64,000 nt of DNA from an uncultured delta proteobacterium (GTDB lineage: Bacteria; Desulfobacterota; Desulfobacteria; Desulfobacterales; JAHEIW01), in contig CAVPNL010000008.1 in assembly GCA_963706575.1 (NCBI GenBank), forward strand, positions 256,001 through 320,000. The letters run 5' to 3'. The notes below the pieces were generated by a model that ran no database searches, was not told the DNA's origin, and saw nothing but the letters and a program-made list of their open reading frames with translations. Positions within the stretch are counted from its first letter, which is position 1, and each line of letters opens with the position of its first letter. Below are positions 10,142-19,850 of the stretch, piece after piece. A program made the position numbers and the translations under genes.

Positions 10142-12756
10142 TGCAGTGTCTTTAATGATTTTTGAATGGCTTCATCGTAGAATTCGATTTTCTCAGAACT
10201 GTCGGATCCTTTTATGCCCTTGTTGGTGAAATAATCGATTGCATTTTGGTAACTGACTTTTGAAAGTGCTTCCGGACAATCAATTTCATGTCGTTTATAC
10301 ATATGTTTTCCGCTGGCCTCGATTTTTTTCAGGCGATCTTTCGCCGCCATCGAGTCTTGCGAGTTGTTCTGAAAAAAGCGTAATACGATCCAGTAGGATT
10401 CAAAATAGGTTTTTAGGAAAATGCAGTATAGTCTAAGCTTGCGAAAACCGGATGAGGTGACATTGTAGGTGTCAGGGATCGTTTGGTGCGGCATTAAAAT
10501 GGCGTCATCGATAAAGGCTTTGATGCTTTTGCGGACATAAAATTCAGGTGCTTTATCGATATCGTAGGCAAATTCAAATTTAAAGAGGTTTTGCAGAAAT
10601 CTGTAATTGGCATGCAGATCGGAAGCCGAAAATTGAAAGGCGTCTTTTTCAAGAATTGCCAGGGCCGTGAAGGCCGCCGGAATGAAAAACGCAATGCAAC
10701 TGTTTTTGTAGTATTCCAAAAACGGTCGTCGGGAAGCATTGATTAAATAACTTCTTTGGGAATACGGCAGATCCTTTTCTTTTGAAATCGGCTCTATAAA
10801 CTTGCTCTGGACAAATGCGTCCAGCGCATGTTGAATTGCACGCACATGGTCTAACATCAGTGTATCGGCCAGTTTGGCCTCCTGTGTCGCTAAATGGTTC
10901 AAGTAGGTTTCGGCAATCGACCTGATCTGGCTGTATGAAAACCGATCCCGGCCGCAGTTTAAAATCGCACCGGCGAGCAACCCATAGGCTGTAACAACCG
11001 CCGAGCGGTTGATCGCGTTGATGACCCGGTAGCCGAGATTGCGGCACAGTATATTTTGTTCCTTAGGCTTCATCTCTGCCAGGGGGGTTCCGAATTTTGC
11101 AGTCAATTCATTCATCGACAAGGGCTCGTCAAATTGGATGTAAATTTTACCGTAGCGCTTTTTTAAAAACTTTGTGGCGTTGAGAACGCCTTTCAGCGTT
11201 TCGGGTTCTTTTTTCCCGCCCTCGAGCTCCTGTAAATAAGACTTTTCCTCCAGAACGCGGTCATACCCGATATAAATCGGTACAATAATCATATCCTCGC
11301 AGGCGCCGCCTTTATAGGCATTGATGAGAATGGACAGCAAGCCCAGTTTGGGCATCAGCAATTTGCCGGTGCGGCTGCGGCCCCCCTCGATGAACTGTTC
11401 GATGTTATGTCCTTCTTCCAGCAGTTTGTAGATATATTCAGCAAAAACTTTTGAATACAGGACAGCACCGCGAAATGTCCGCCGGATGAAAAAAGCACCG
11501 CCGCTGCGGAATATCGGACCCATGGGCCAGAATGATAGATTTTTCCCTGCTGCCACCAGGGGAACCGGCATATTATTGTGATACAACAGGTAGGACAAAA
11601 TCAGATAATCGATATGGCTTTTATGACAAGGAATAAGAATTAACGGCCCTTTTAGAGCCAGCCGTTTGATTTTGTTCAGGGCATTATTGTTGACAGTGAC
11701 TCCGTCAAACATTGTGCGAATAATCCATCCGACCAGGGCCGAGAAAATTTTTATATAAGCCGGGTTATAGCCGGCGGCAATCTCCTCGATATATCCATCC
11801 GCTTTTTTGCGGACTTCGTGAATCGGAGTGTCCCGGCTCGTAGCGTATTTTTCCATAAATTCCTGAAACCGCTGGCCGGTCAGAATGCTTTCCTTTAATT
11901 CCTGTCTGGTTTTGAGGATCGGACCGGTAATCGTTTGGCGGTGGCGGTTCAGCTGAACCAATAAATTACGCCTCAATACCAGAGATTGATACTCAACCGG
12001 CTGGTTTCGGATAGATTCATCTTGCAGATACGTTTTAAGATTCACCGGCTCGGAGACCTCGAAAAAGACTTTGCCAGGATTTTTAAACAATCCAAACAGG
12101 CGTCGGAGTCTGCCCGGGTTGTCCTCAGGCCCGAATAAAATGTCGGTCAGGGTCGGAATCGACCGATGGGGGTTTTTGCTGAAAAACATGAGTTGTGGGA
12201 TGATATATACCGGATGCTCGGTCGTTTTTTGCAATTCGATCAGGTATTGAATGGGATCTGTTTTGGCTTTGATAAAGCGACGATAAAAGCCTTTTCGGCT
12301 GACCAGTGAAAGCATACCGGCCTTTCCCTCTAACAGGGTCTGAGCGACATAACCGCTTTTATAGGGGTTGGGAAAGGTCCGCTTGTGAATAAAGTAATCA
12401 ATGTGCGCCAGCATCATTTTAATAAGACGGGAAACTGGCTGCCAGAGATAGACTTGATAGTCAAAACCGATTTGCGGGCACGGCAGGTTGCTTTTCTGAT
12501 AGCGGCTGTAATAAAACAAATATTCAAAATAGCTTCTAAATTTGGTAGCGTAAACGACAACCGCATCGTCTTCAATTTGCTGTAAAACTGCGATCTGATC
12601 TTTGGTGGTTTTGATACCGGAATAGAATAATTTAAGAATGAGCGATGATAATGTGCCGAGTTTATCAGGCAGGTAGCAGCTGTAGTGGTTGTGGGTCCCG
12701 TTTAGTACTCGATGGATCCAATTGCTTGAATTTCGGCTTTGTTTTGCTGCCATCAA
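10138..12756 (-). CDS. plsB: Glycerol-3-phosphate acyltransferase (PlsB-like)
   Basis: HKSHIDY (HxxxxD), GAFFIRR, FIEGGRSRTG, VPIYIGYD acyltransferase blocks. Confidence 0.85.
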   Translation of the reverse strand: MMAAKQSRNSSNWIHRVLNGTHNHYSCYLPDKLGTLSSLILKLFYSGIKTTKDQIAVLQQIEDDAVVVYATKFRSYFEYLFYYSRYQKSNLPCPQIGFDYQVYLWQPVSRLIKMMLAHIDYFIHKRTFPNPYKSGYVAQTLLEGKAGMLSLVSRKGFYRRFIKAKTDPIQYLIELQKTTEHPVYIIPQLMFFSKNPHRSIPTLTDILFGPEDNPGRLRRLFGLFKNPGKVFFEVSEPVNLKTYLQDESIRNQPVEYQSLVLRRNLLVQLNRHRQTITGPILKTRQELKESILTGQRFQEFMEKYATSRDTPIHEVRKKADGYIEEIAAGYNPAYIKIFSALVGWIIRTMFDGVTVNNNALNKIKRLALKGPLILIPCHKSHIDYLILSYLLYHNNMPVPLVAAGKNLSFWPMGPIFRSGGAFFIRRTFRGAVLYSKVFAEYIYKLLEEGHNIEQFIEGGRSRTGKLLMPKLGLLSILINAYKGGACEDMIIVPIYIGYDRVLEEKSYLQELEGGKKEPETLKGVLNATKFLKKRYGKIYIQFDEPLSMNELTAKFGTPLAEMKPKEQNILCRNLGYRVINAINRSAVVTAYGLLAGAILNCGRDRFSYSQIRSIAETYLNHLATQEAKLADTLMLDHVRAIQHALDAFVQSKFIEPISKEKDLPYSQRSYLINASRRPFLEYYKNSCIAFFIPAAFTALAILEKDAFQFSASDLHANYRFLQNLFKFEFAYDIDKAPEFYVRKSIKAFIDDAILMPHQTIPDTYNVTSSGFRKLRLYCIFLKTYFESYWIVLRFFQNNSQDSMAAKDRLKKIEASGKHMYKRHEIDCPEALSKVSYQNAIDYFTNKGIKGSDSSEKIEFYDEAIQKSLKTLQ

Positions 12757-13074
12757 ATTAACCTTTTTCTTGTTTAAACATCTGCTGCCCTGGATTTCGA
12801 GCTCAAGATTACGGTGATCGAATTTGGGTGAAGACCCATTTGTTTTACATGGATTTTGGAGGATTAAATGCTGGAGTCTGTCATCGTAATTAAAATTTTA
12901 TAAGATTTGAAATTAACAGAATAAATGATGCTTTGCAATATTTTATTCGAAACGCTAGTTTTTATTTGACGCCATAAACGAATCATATTAATAATACTAT
13001 GATATTCATCTGAAAAGCCAATCTCATCTTTGGAACTGATTTTAAGTCTTAAGTGAAAGGAGGTTAATGCGAAT

Positions 13075-13359
13075 ATGAAAACTTTAATTGGTGGCGCGAT
13101 TGCAGCGGCACTGGGTCTCGTTGGCCTTGTCATTTGGTGGGGACAGTTTTTAATGGTTCTGGCCGGCATAATCCCTGCGATGCTTCTGCTGGGCGGAGCT
13201 TTAGCCATTTATCTCGGCTTTGACGAACTCAAAGATAGCTGGAAAGACGATGAAACTCCCGAAGCCCCCCCTGAAAGCAGTGAAGGTGAAGAAGTAGAAA
13301 AATATAAAAAAGAAATTGATGATCTCAAAGAGGAGATCGAAACGCTTAAGAAAGATTAG
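13075..13359 (+). CDS. Small two-TM membrane protein with acidic/coiled-coil tail; MamI-like pattern
   Basis: RBS aaggagg; two hydrophobic helices LGLVGLVIWW...LAGIIPAMLLLGG; charged C-terminus. Confidence 0.75.
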   Translation: MKTLIGGAIAAALGLVGLVIWWGQFLMVLAGIIPAMLLLGGALAIYLGFDELKDSWKDDETPEAPPESSEGEEVEKYKKEIDDLKEEIETLKKD

Positions 13360-13383
13360 CTGCTTTTGTTTTGAGAACCGATC

Positions 13384-13413
13384 AGGGCCCGGCAAGCGGA
13401 GATGCCGGGCTCT
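13384..13413. terminator. GC-rich hairpin between convergent genes, probable terminator
   Basis: agggcccggca-agcggaga-tgccgggctct stem-loop. Confidence 0.55.
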
Positions 13414-13446
13414 ATTTGTACTCACAATGAAAATCCGGCCCCCGGG

Positions 13447-14097
13447 CTATGGAGACTTGTTTTTTGTGGAATCCTTGATAGCGGATGTCGCTAAGAAATC
13501 TGCCCGTTCATTGCCTTCATCGCCGGCGTGACCTTTGACCTTGACGATTTTTAAATTTTTAAACTTCACCATCGTTTTTTTTATCGATTGCACCATTTCA
13601 CGATTGGCTTTGGCCTTCCAGCCAAGTGTCAGAACCCCATAAGCATACTTGCTGTCTGTGAAAATCCTCACCGGAAGATCGGTTTTTTTCACTGCCAGCA
13701 ATCCCACCTGTATGGCCTTAAGTTCGGCGATATTGTTGGTTGCCAGGCCGATATATTCTGATATTTCTTTTTCATATTTGCCGAAGCGCATGACCACACC
13801 GATACCTGCCGGCCCCGGGTTGCCGGAAGAAGCACCGTCCGTAAAAATAAGAATTCCTTCCTTATCGCCGGTTTGAGCCATCGTCGTATTCTTTTCGATC
13901 TCTTTAGTTTTTGCCGAATCGGAATCGAGGGATTTTATATTGCTTTTGCGGACCCAGTATTCGTGAGTTTGATCGAGTTGATATTTGATCAAGACCTTGC
14001 CGTTTTCTTCAATAGGCTTTCCGGCACGATCGACGGCCAGCCAGACCTTGTTTTTTTTAAAACGCATTCGCTTCCATTCCGGCTTGGAGGGTTCCAC
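13447..14097 (-). CDS. rnhA: Ribonuclease HI with N-terminal extension
   Basis: FTDGASSGNPG, TNNIAEL, TDSKY, KVKGHAG.EGNERAD motifs. Confidence 0.9.
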   Translation of the reverse strand: MEPSKPEWKRMRFKKNKVWLAVDRAGKPIEENGKVLIKYQLDQTHEYWVRKSNIKSLDSDSAKTKEIEKNTTMAQTGDKEGILIFTDGASSGNPGPAGIGVVMRFGKYEKEISEYIGLATNNIAELKAIQVGLLAVKKTDLPVRIFTDSKYAYGVLTLGWKAKANREMVQSIKKTMVKFKNLKIVKVKGHAGDEGNERADFLATSAIKDSTKNKSP

Positions 14098-14158
14098 TTA
14101 TGGTTTCTCCCAAAGCTTTTTTTGGTGGCTTCAATTAGTCTTCTGGTTTTCGTCATCA

Positions 14159-14247
14159 GGTTCAAAGGTTCAGAGGTTAAAAGATCTGAGAAAGAGGGCG
14201 GGTGTCATAAGTAACTTCTGAACCCTGAACCTCTGAACCTTTGAACC
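14159..14247. repeat. Tandem-array palindrome, 7/8-bp unit (GGTTCARA / TGAACCY)
   Basis: ggttcaaaggttcagaggtt ... aacttctgaaccctgaacctctgaacctttgaacc. Confidence 0.88.
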
Positions 14248-14251
14248 GGTT

Positions 14252-15457
14252 TCACCTGTACAGGTGAAACCTTTTGCTGATTTCAGAAAATTCATCCAAT
14301 TCAGCTTGCCAGGATTCTACAATGTTCTCAACCGGTTCAAGGCTTTCAAGCCGATTTCGAATTTTCTGATTCCCGATAATCAGATCAATCGGCAGTCGCT
14401 GGGTTTCATATTCATAGGGCGGCTGTTTCCATTCGAAATCTTTTTTGTGATGCTTGATGACCGCCTGAAGCAGCCGCAGGCTGGTCTCATACGGCCGGAA
14501 TTCAACCGGGTCGGTGACATGAATCTGAAATCCCCTGCACGGGTGGGCCTGCCATTTGTTTGCGGTGGGCTCGAAGACAACCTCTCTGAGGATAATGCCC
14601 GGGATCGATTCGGCGTGAATCGTGGCAGCAATTTTTTCTGGACTTATATAAGGGGCGCCAAAAAGCTCAAAGGGCTGGGTCGTCCCACGGCCTTCAGAAA
14701 CATTGGTCCCTTCCCATATGACCTGGCCCGGATAAACCATGGTTGAAAAAGGGCTGGGAAGATTGGGTGAGGGTGGCACCCATGGAAGTCCTGTCTGCCC
14801 GTAAAACATCGGGCGCCGCCAGCCTTCCATTTGAATGACCTCAAGGCTACAGCCAAGCCCAAAGTGCTCATTGAAAAGATGCGCCAGTTCTCCGATGGTC
14901 AGCCCATGGCGCATGGGCAGTGGAAAGCGTCCGACAAACGAACGCCAGTCAGGTTTAAGGCAGTTCCCCTCGATGGTTAAGCCGTTAATCGGATTGGGAC
15001 GGTCAAGAACTACCACTTTCTTATTCAATGCTTCAGCGGCTTCGAGGCAGTAGGATAATGTGTATATAAAGGTGTAGACGCGGGTGCCGACATCCTGTAG
15101 ATCGACCAAAAGCACATCAATGGGGGCGAGCATTTCTTCGGTGGGAATACGGGTTTTGCCGTAAAGACTATACACCGGTATCTTTAAAACCGGCTCCTTC
15201 ATATCTGCGGATTCAATCATGTTGTCCTGTTTTTCGGCGAAAAAGCCGTGTTGCGGGGAATAAAGGGCCGTCAGCTTGCCCGGCAAGCGGCGATTTACCA
15301 GAAAGCGTGCATGATTGAGTCCCGGGTCTACTGAAGCCGGATTGCATAATAGCCCCAGACGGCTGCCCCCAACCCATTTTGGCGGCGATTCTAAGAATCG
15401 TTCCAATCCGGTACGTACGTTTCGCCAAAGTCCTCTCCTTTTTTTGGGCGGGTTCAT
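14252..15457 (-). CDS. namZ: Exo-beta-N-acetylmuramidase NamZ family (DUF1343)
   Basis: SPQHG, DLQDVGTRVYT, LDRPNP, HGLTIGE, WVPPSPN, SEGRGT motifs; start uncertain. Confidence 0.85.
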   Translation of the reverse strand: MNPPKKRRGLWRNVRTGLERFLESPPKWVGGSRLGLLCNPASVDPGLNHARFLVNRRLPGKLTALYSPQHGFFAEKQDNMIESADMKEPVLKIPVYSLYGKTRIPTEEMLAPIDVLLVDLQDVGTRVYTFIYTLSYCLEAAEALNKKVVVLDRPNPINGLTIEGNCLKPDWRSFVGRFPLPMRHGLTIGELAHLFNEHFGLGCSLEVIQMEGWRRPMFYGQTGLPWVPPSPNLPSPFSTMVYPGQVIWEGTNVSEGRGTTQPFELFGAPYISPEKIAATIHAESIPGIILREVVFEPTANKWQAHPCRGFQIHVTDPVEFRPYETSLRLLQAVIKHHKKDFEWKQPPYEYETQRLPIDLIIGNQKIRNRLESLEPVENIVESWQAELDEFSEISKRFHLYR

Positions 15458-15491
15458 AACCTCTTGTAATGACTCATAACTTTTTTGCGAA

Positions 15492-15682
15492 TCGATACAA
15501 AGTGCCCGCAAAAGCAAGTGCGCTAAAGTGCCTAAAATGTTCTAAAATGCCTAAAATTATGGTGTCGCTACGCTCCATCTTTTTTAATAAAATGGACAGA
15601 ATTCCTCAACTTTAGGCATTTTAGCTCATTTTTAAATTTAGATCATTTGCTTTTGTAGGCACTTTAGATCACTTTAGGCACT
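15492..15682. repeat. Tandem-array palindrome, 9/10-bp unit (GCCTAAAAT / ATTTTAGGC); copy 1 of a dispersed element
   Basis: Arms are mutual reverse complements; 35-bp core gctccatcttttttaataaaatggacagaattcct recurs as its reverse complement at ~30206-30240. Confidence 0.92.
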
Positions 15683-15875
15683 TTTTTTATTATCACATTG
15701 CCGGGTGCATCAAAAGTGAAAAAGCTTGACATCACAGACAATAATTCATACAACATCAGGCTATTTTTGGTTTGGTTACCTGAATGGTTTGTCTTTTCTT
15801 AATCATATGGGAACGATTTTATCACGGCAACCCCAATTGAGTTAAAACTCAATTAGGATATTGAGTTGACATCCG

Positions 15876-16589
15876 GTGGAAATTAATTTGACAGGAATTG
15901 TTATTGTCGTCGGCAATTACGGCAGCGGTAAAACCGAGGTGTGTATTAACCTGGCGGTGCACCGTAAACTTGGCGGGATCGACGTTCGAATCGCTGATCT
16001 TGACCTGGTGAATCCGTATTTTCGAACGCGCGAAGCCAGAGGAGCCCTATCGGAGTTGGGAATTGAAATCGTCCTTCCACCGGAGCAATATTTGCATGCC
16101 GATCTTCCGATACTTAGCCCACGGGTAGCCGGGTTGATACGCCGACCCAGCCAGTTGGCACTGCTGGATGTTGGCGGTGATGATGTGGGTGCGACCATAC
16201 TGGCGACACTTGAGGACGAGCTTAAGGGAAAACCCCTTAGAGTTCTGCAGGTTATCAATCCGTTAAGACCATTTACCGAAACGGTTGAAGGCTGCCTCAA
16301 AATTCGCAACGAAATCGAACAGGCTTCCAGGCTGTCGATTGACGGTATTATCGGCAATGCGAATCTAATTGATGAAACCACCGTGGATGATATTAATGAC
16401 GGCTATGATTTTGTTAATGGCTTGTGCGAATCCAGCGGGTTGCCGCTTGAATTTATTACCGTCTCGCGAGAATTATTGTCGATCGTCGATTCCCGGCAAT
16501 TTGCCTGTCCGGTGCTGGCGATAGAGCGGCAACTGGTTCCGCCGTGGCAAAAACCTGTTCCGCTCGGGAAAACGGGCCCCTCGCAGTGA
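15876..16589 (+). CDS. P-loop NTPase (CobQ/MinD/ParA-like) associated with oxoacid oxidoreductase operons
   Basis: GNYGSGKTE Walker A, DLDLVNPYFR, DVGGD. Confidence 0.75.
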   Translation: MEINLTGIVIVVGNYGSGKTEVCINLAVHRKLGGIDVRIADLDLVNPYFRTREARGALSELGIEIVLPPEQYLHADLPILSPRVAGLIRRPSQLALLDVGGDDVGATILATLEDELKGKPLRVLQVINPLRPFTETVEGCLKIRNEIEQASRLSIDGIIGNANLIDETTVDDINDGYDFVNGLCESSGLPLEFITVSRELLSIVDSRQFACPVLAIERQLVPPWQKPVPLGKTGPSQ

Positions 16590-16651
16590 CGCTTGCACTT
16601 TAATGCTTACGGCGCTATTATCGATCGGCGCGAGAAGTGTTATTGATTTTG

Positions 16652-16740
16652 TTCACCACAAAGCGCACAAAGTGCACGAAGATCAATGCAATATTTTTTT
16701 TACTTTCTACTTTGTGCCCTTCGTGAACTTCGTGGTAAAA
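16652..16740. repeat. Tandem-array palindrome, 9-bp unit (GCACAAAG / CTTYGTG)
   Basis: ttcaccacaaagcgcacaaagtgcacgaag ... ctttgtgcccttcgtgaacttcgtggtaa. Confidence 0.9.
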
Positions 16741-16820
16741 TTTCAATATGTAAACAGCCTATGTTGTTCAATATAGGTTACAAAGAACGGTATACAAACC
16801 TAGTGGAGGAGTTCTGATTT

Positions 16821-17054
16821 ATGGCTTATGAGCATTTTATCGACAAAGATCGATGCAAGGGTTGCGGTCTATGCGTAACCGTATGCCCTAAAAATGTCCT
16901 GGAAATTTCTAATGCGATCAACACCAAAGGCTATTTTCCGGCATTTCAGGCGCGCCCCGAGGATTGCATTTTTTGTGCATTATGCTGCACGATGTGCCCG
17001 GATGTTGCCATAACCATCAGCGAAATTGAAGCGGAAGCGGCAGGTGGTAAATGA
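16821..17054 (+). CDS. 2x[4Fe-4S] ferredoxin, delta subunit of 2-oxoacid:ferredoxin oxidoreductase
   Basis: CKGCGLCVTVCP and CIFCALCCTMCP; RBS ggagga. Confidence 0.92.
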   Translation: MAYEHFIDKDRCKGCGLCVTVCPKNVLEISNAINTKGYFPAFQARPEDCIFCALCCTMCPDVAITISEIEAEAAGGK

Positions 17055-17131
17055 ATTTTGCACGAGTCAGAGGTTTTCATATTCGCATTAATTTTTATGC
17101 AAGATTCAGGTAAAAATAATTGGAGGAATAT

Positions 17132-18202
17132 ATGGGGAAAGTATTAATGAAAGGCAATGAAGCCATTGGCGAGGCTGCGATTCGGGCCGGCTGCTTGAAT
17201 TATTTTGCCTATCCAATCACGCCGCAATCTGAGGTTGCTGAATATCTCGCCCGGCGTCTACCGGAAGCCGGCGGCGTGTTTTTACAGGGCGAAAGCGAAG
17301 TTGCGGTATCCTATATGATTTTTGGTGCAGCGGCTAGCGGAGAACGGGTTTTTACGACTTCTTCCAGCCCCGGCGTCAGTCTGATGAGTGAAGGCATCAG
17401 CTATATTACCGCGGCCCAGTGTCCGGCGGTGTTTGTCAATATCATGCGCGGTGGGCCGGGACTGGGTGGTATCCTTCCTTCCCAGGCGGACTATATGCAA
17501 TCCGTAAAAGGCGGAGGGCATGGAGACTATAAACTGCTGGTCATGGCCCCGGCCAGTGTCCAGGAAGCCGTTGAGATGATGATGGGCGCATTTGCGCTGG
17601 CCGAAAAATACCGCAATCCGGTCATGATCCTTGGCGACGGGCTAATCGGCCAGATGATGGAGCCGGTGGAATTTCCGGATTCGCTCAAAGCCCAACCCAC
17701 CAACAAAGATGAATGGGCCACCAACGGCATGGACACCCGAAAAAGCAAGCAGCGCAATCTGGTTAAAACCCTTTATCTGGACCCGGAGGAGCTCAACGCC
17801 CACAATTTGATGTTAAAGGCCAAGTATGAGCAAATGGAACGGGAAGATGTGCGCTATGAGGCTTACAATGTGGATAAAGACTACAGCGTGCTCCTTGTCA
17901 GCTACGGTACCATGAGCCGTGTATGCCGTACCGCCATTGATAATTTGAAAGATCAGGGCTTGGAAGTCGGCATGATTCGCCCCCAGACATTGTTTCCATA
18001 TCCGAAAACCGCGATTTACGATGCAGCCGGCAAGCAAGGTTGCCGGGCGGTATTGTGTGTGGAAATGTGCATGGGACAAATGGTGGAGGATGTCGAGCGC
18101 AGCGTGGCCGGTCAGCTGCCGGTGCACTGGTACGGCAAATGCGGTGGCGAAGTTCCCACACCGGAAGAGGTGATGGAGGAAATTCGCAAAATAGTCGAAT
18201 AG
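17132..18202 (+). CDS. vorB: 2-oxoacid:ferredoxin oxidoreductase alpha subunit (3-methyl-2-oxobutanoate dehydrogenase VorB-like)
   Basis: MKGNEAIGEAAI, YPITPQSE, QGESE, TSSSPG, RGGPGLG. Confidence 0.85.
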   Translation: MGKVLMKGNEAIGEAAIRAGCLNYFAYPITPQSEVAEYLARRLPEAGGVFLQGESEVAVSYMIFGAAASGERVFTTSSSPGVSLMSEGISYITAAQCPAVFVNIMRGGPGLGGILPSQADYMQSVKGGGHGDYKLLVMAPASVQEAVEMMMGAFALAEKYRNPVMILGDGLIGQMMEPVEFPDSLKAQPTNKDEWATNGMDTRKSKQRNLVKTLYLDPEELNAHNLMLKAKYEQMEREDVRYEAYNVDKDYSVLLVSYGTMSRVCRTAIDNLKDQGLEVGMIRPQTLFPYPKTAIYDAAGKQGCRAVLCVEMCMGQMVEDVERSVAGQLPVHWYGKCGGEVPTPEEVMEEIRKIVE

Positions 18203-18298
18203 TCAAATAGTCGATTGGTTGAATAGTTTTAAGGTTTAGCCGCAAGTCTTTTTTTCATCTAACCAATCATCCGATTAGCCATTCAACAAATCGACCAA
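18189..18298. repeat. Tandem-array palindrome, 8-bp unit (AATAGTCR / YRACYAWT), overlapping the vorB stop codon
   Basis: aaatagtcgaatagtcaaatagtcgattggttgaatagtt ... taaccaatcatccgattagccattcaacaaatcgacc. Confidence 0.8.
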
Positions 18299-18314
18299 AA
18301 ACAGGAGAACACCA

Positions 18315-19088
18315 ATGGGAAAAACATTTCAGAAACCCGAGGCCTTGGCCGATACGATTACCCACTATTGCCCGGGTTGCACCCATGGAGTGGCTCACCG
18401 GCTGGTAGCCGAAGTTATCGATGAACTCGGTATCCGCGGCAAAACCGTTGGCGTTGCGCCGGTGGGTTGTGCCGTTATGATGTATAATTATTTTACATTT
18501 GATTTTCAGGAGGCAGCCCATGGGCGTGCGCCGGCAATGGCCACCGGCATTAAGCGCGTTCGGCCGGATCTGATGGTATTTACCTATCAGGGCGACGGAG
18601 ATCTGGCCAGCATCGGCATGGGAGAGATTGTGCATGCCGCCAACCGCGGAGAAAAATTTACAGTGATCTTTATCAATAATGCGGTTTATGGCATGACCGG
18701 CGGGCAAATGGCACCGACAACCATGCCAGGACAGCGGACGACCACCTCACCATTCGGCCGTAAAATTCTGGATACCGGGATGCCGATAAAAATGTCGGAG
18801 ATGTTGGCCGCACTTGAGACACCGGCTTATATTACCCGCCAGACATTACTAAATCCGAAATATATCAATAAGGCCAAAAAAGCGATCAAGAAGGCCTTTA
18901 CCTATCAGATGCAAAACACATGCTTCAGTTTTGTCGAACTGGTCAGTACCTGCCCGACGAACTGGGGAATGACCCCGCTGGATGCGATCAAGTGGGCTGA
19001 GGAAGAAATGCTTCCGTATTTTGCGATAGGTGTGTTCAAAACACCTGAAGAAAGCACTGAGGCGCAAACCGTAAGCACAGAACAGTAA
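18315..19088 (+). CDS. 2-oxoacid:ferredoxin oxidoreductase beta subunit (TPP binding)
   Basis: YCPGCTHG, HGRAPA, GDGD...NN TPP motif, YGMTGGQ, CPTNW. Confidence 0.92.
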   Translation: MGKTFQKPEALADTITHYCPGCTHGVAHRLVAEVIDELGIRGKTVGVAPVGCAVMMYNYFTFDFQEAAHGRAPAMATGIKRVRPDLMVFTYQGDGDLASIGMGEIVHAANRGEKFTVIFINNAVYGMTGGQMAPTTMPGQRTTTSPFGRKILDTGMPIKMSEMLAALETPAYITRQTLLNPKYINKAKKAIKKAFTYQMQNTCFSFVELVSTCPTNWGMTPLDAIKWAEEEMLPYFAIGVFKTPEESTEAQTVSTEQ

Positions 19089-19191
19089 GCAGAATGCAGG
19101 AAACAGTGAACCGTAAGCAGTAGGCAGTGTATCGTGATTGGGGATCAGGACAAAAGACTGCTTTCATGTGCTTACGCTTTGTTGCCTATTG
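19068..19191. repeat. Degenerate tandem-array palindrome, 7-bp unit (CAGTAAG / CTGCTTA)
   Basis: accgtaagcacagaacagtaagcagaatgcaggaaacagtgaaccgtaagcagtaggcag ... ctgctttc..tgcttac..ttgcctattg. Confidence 0.65.
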
Positions 19192-19205
19192 AGGAGGGAA
19201 GGATA

Positions 19206-19745
19206 ATGCAAAACGAAGTTCAATTTGCCGGGTTCGGCGGCCAGGGAATTATGCTAATGGGCCAGATAATGGCTGAGGCGGCGATGCAACAGGGCCACGA
19301 GGTGGTCTGGATTCCGTCTTACGGCCCGGAAATGCGTGGCGGCACGGCCTATTGTACGGTGGTTATCAGTGATCGGCCAATCGGCTCTCCGATTATTCGA
19401 AATCCGAAGCACCTGGTGGCCATGAATCGGCCTTCTCTTGAAAAATTCGCACCCTCTGTCAAATCCGGCGGCACCATTTTCATCAACAGCTCCATCATAT
19501 CGATCGATGCCGGTCGGGATGATGTGGACGTTATTAAAGTTCCGATTATCGAAATTGCCAAGGAATTGGGAAATGTGAGAACCGCCAATATCATCGCTCT
19601 GGCGGCATTCGTGAGTCGCAGCCAGGTGGTTGACTTTGAACTGCTGCGCGAATCGGTAAAGGCCAAATTTGCGAATAAAGAAAAACTGATTCCCATCAAC
19701 ATGAAAGCGCTTGAGGAAGGCAAAAAAGCCGCGAGCAGAGAATAA
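19206..19745 (+). CDS. 2-oxoacid:acceptor oxidoreductase gamma subunit
   Basis: [17 protein letters not shown]; start moved to ATG 19206. Confidence 0.92.
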   Translation: MQNEVQFAGFGGQGIMLMGQIMAEAAMQQGHEVVWIPSYGPEMRGGTAYCTVVISDRPIGSPIIRNPKHLVAMNRPSLEKFAPSVKSGGTIFINSSIISIDAGRDDVDVIKVPIIEIAKELGNVRTANIIALAAFVSRSQVVDFELLRESVKAKFANKEKLIPINMKALEEGKKAASRE

Positions 19746-19850
19746 GATTACGAGCGCGCCATAGATAAAGCGCGGAGCAATATTAACTCGCCCTGGTTGG
19801 ATGAATATCGAATATCTTGAACAGGTAATGTGTACGCTTAGAACATCAAA

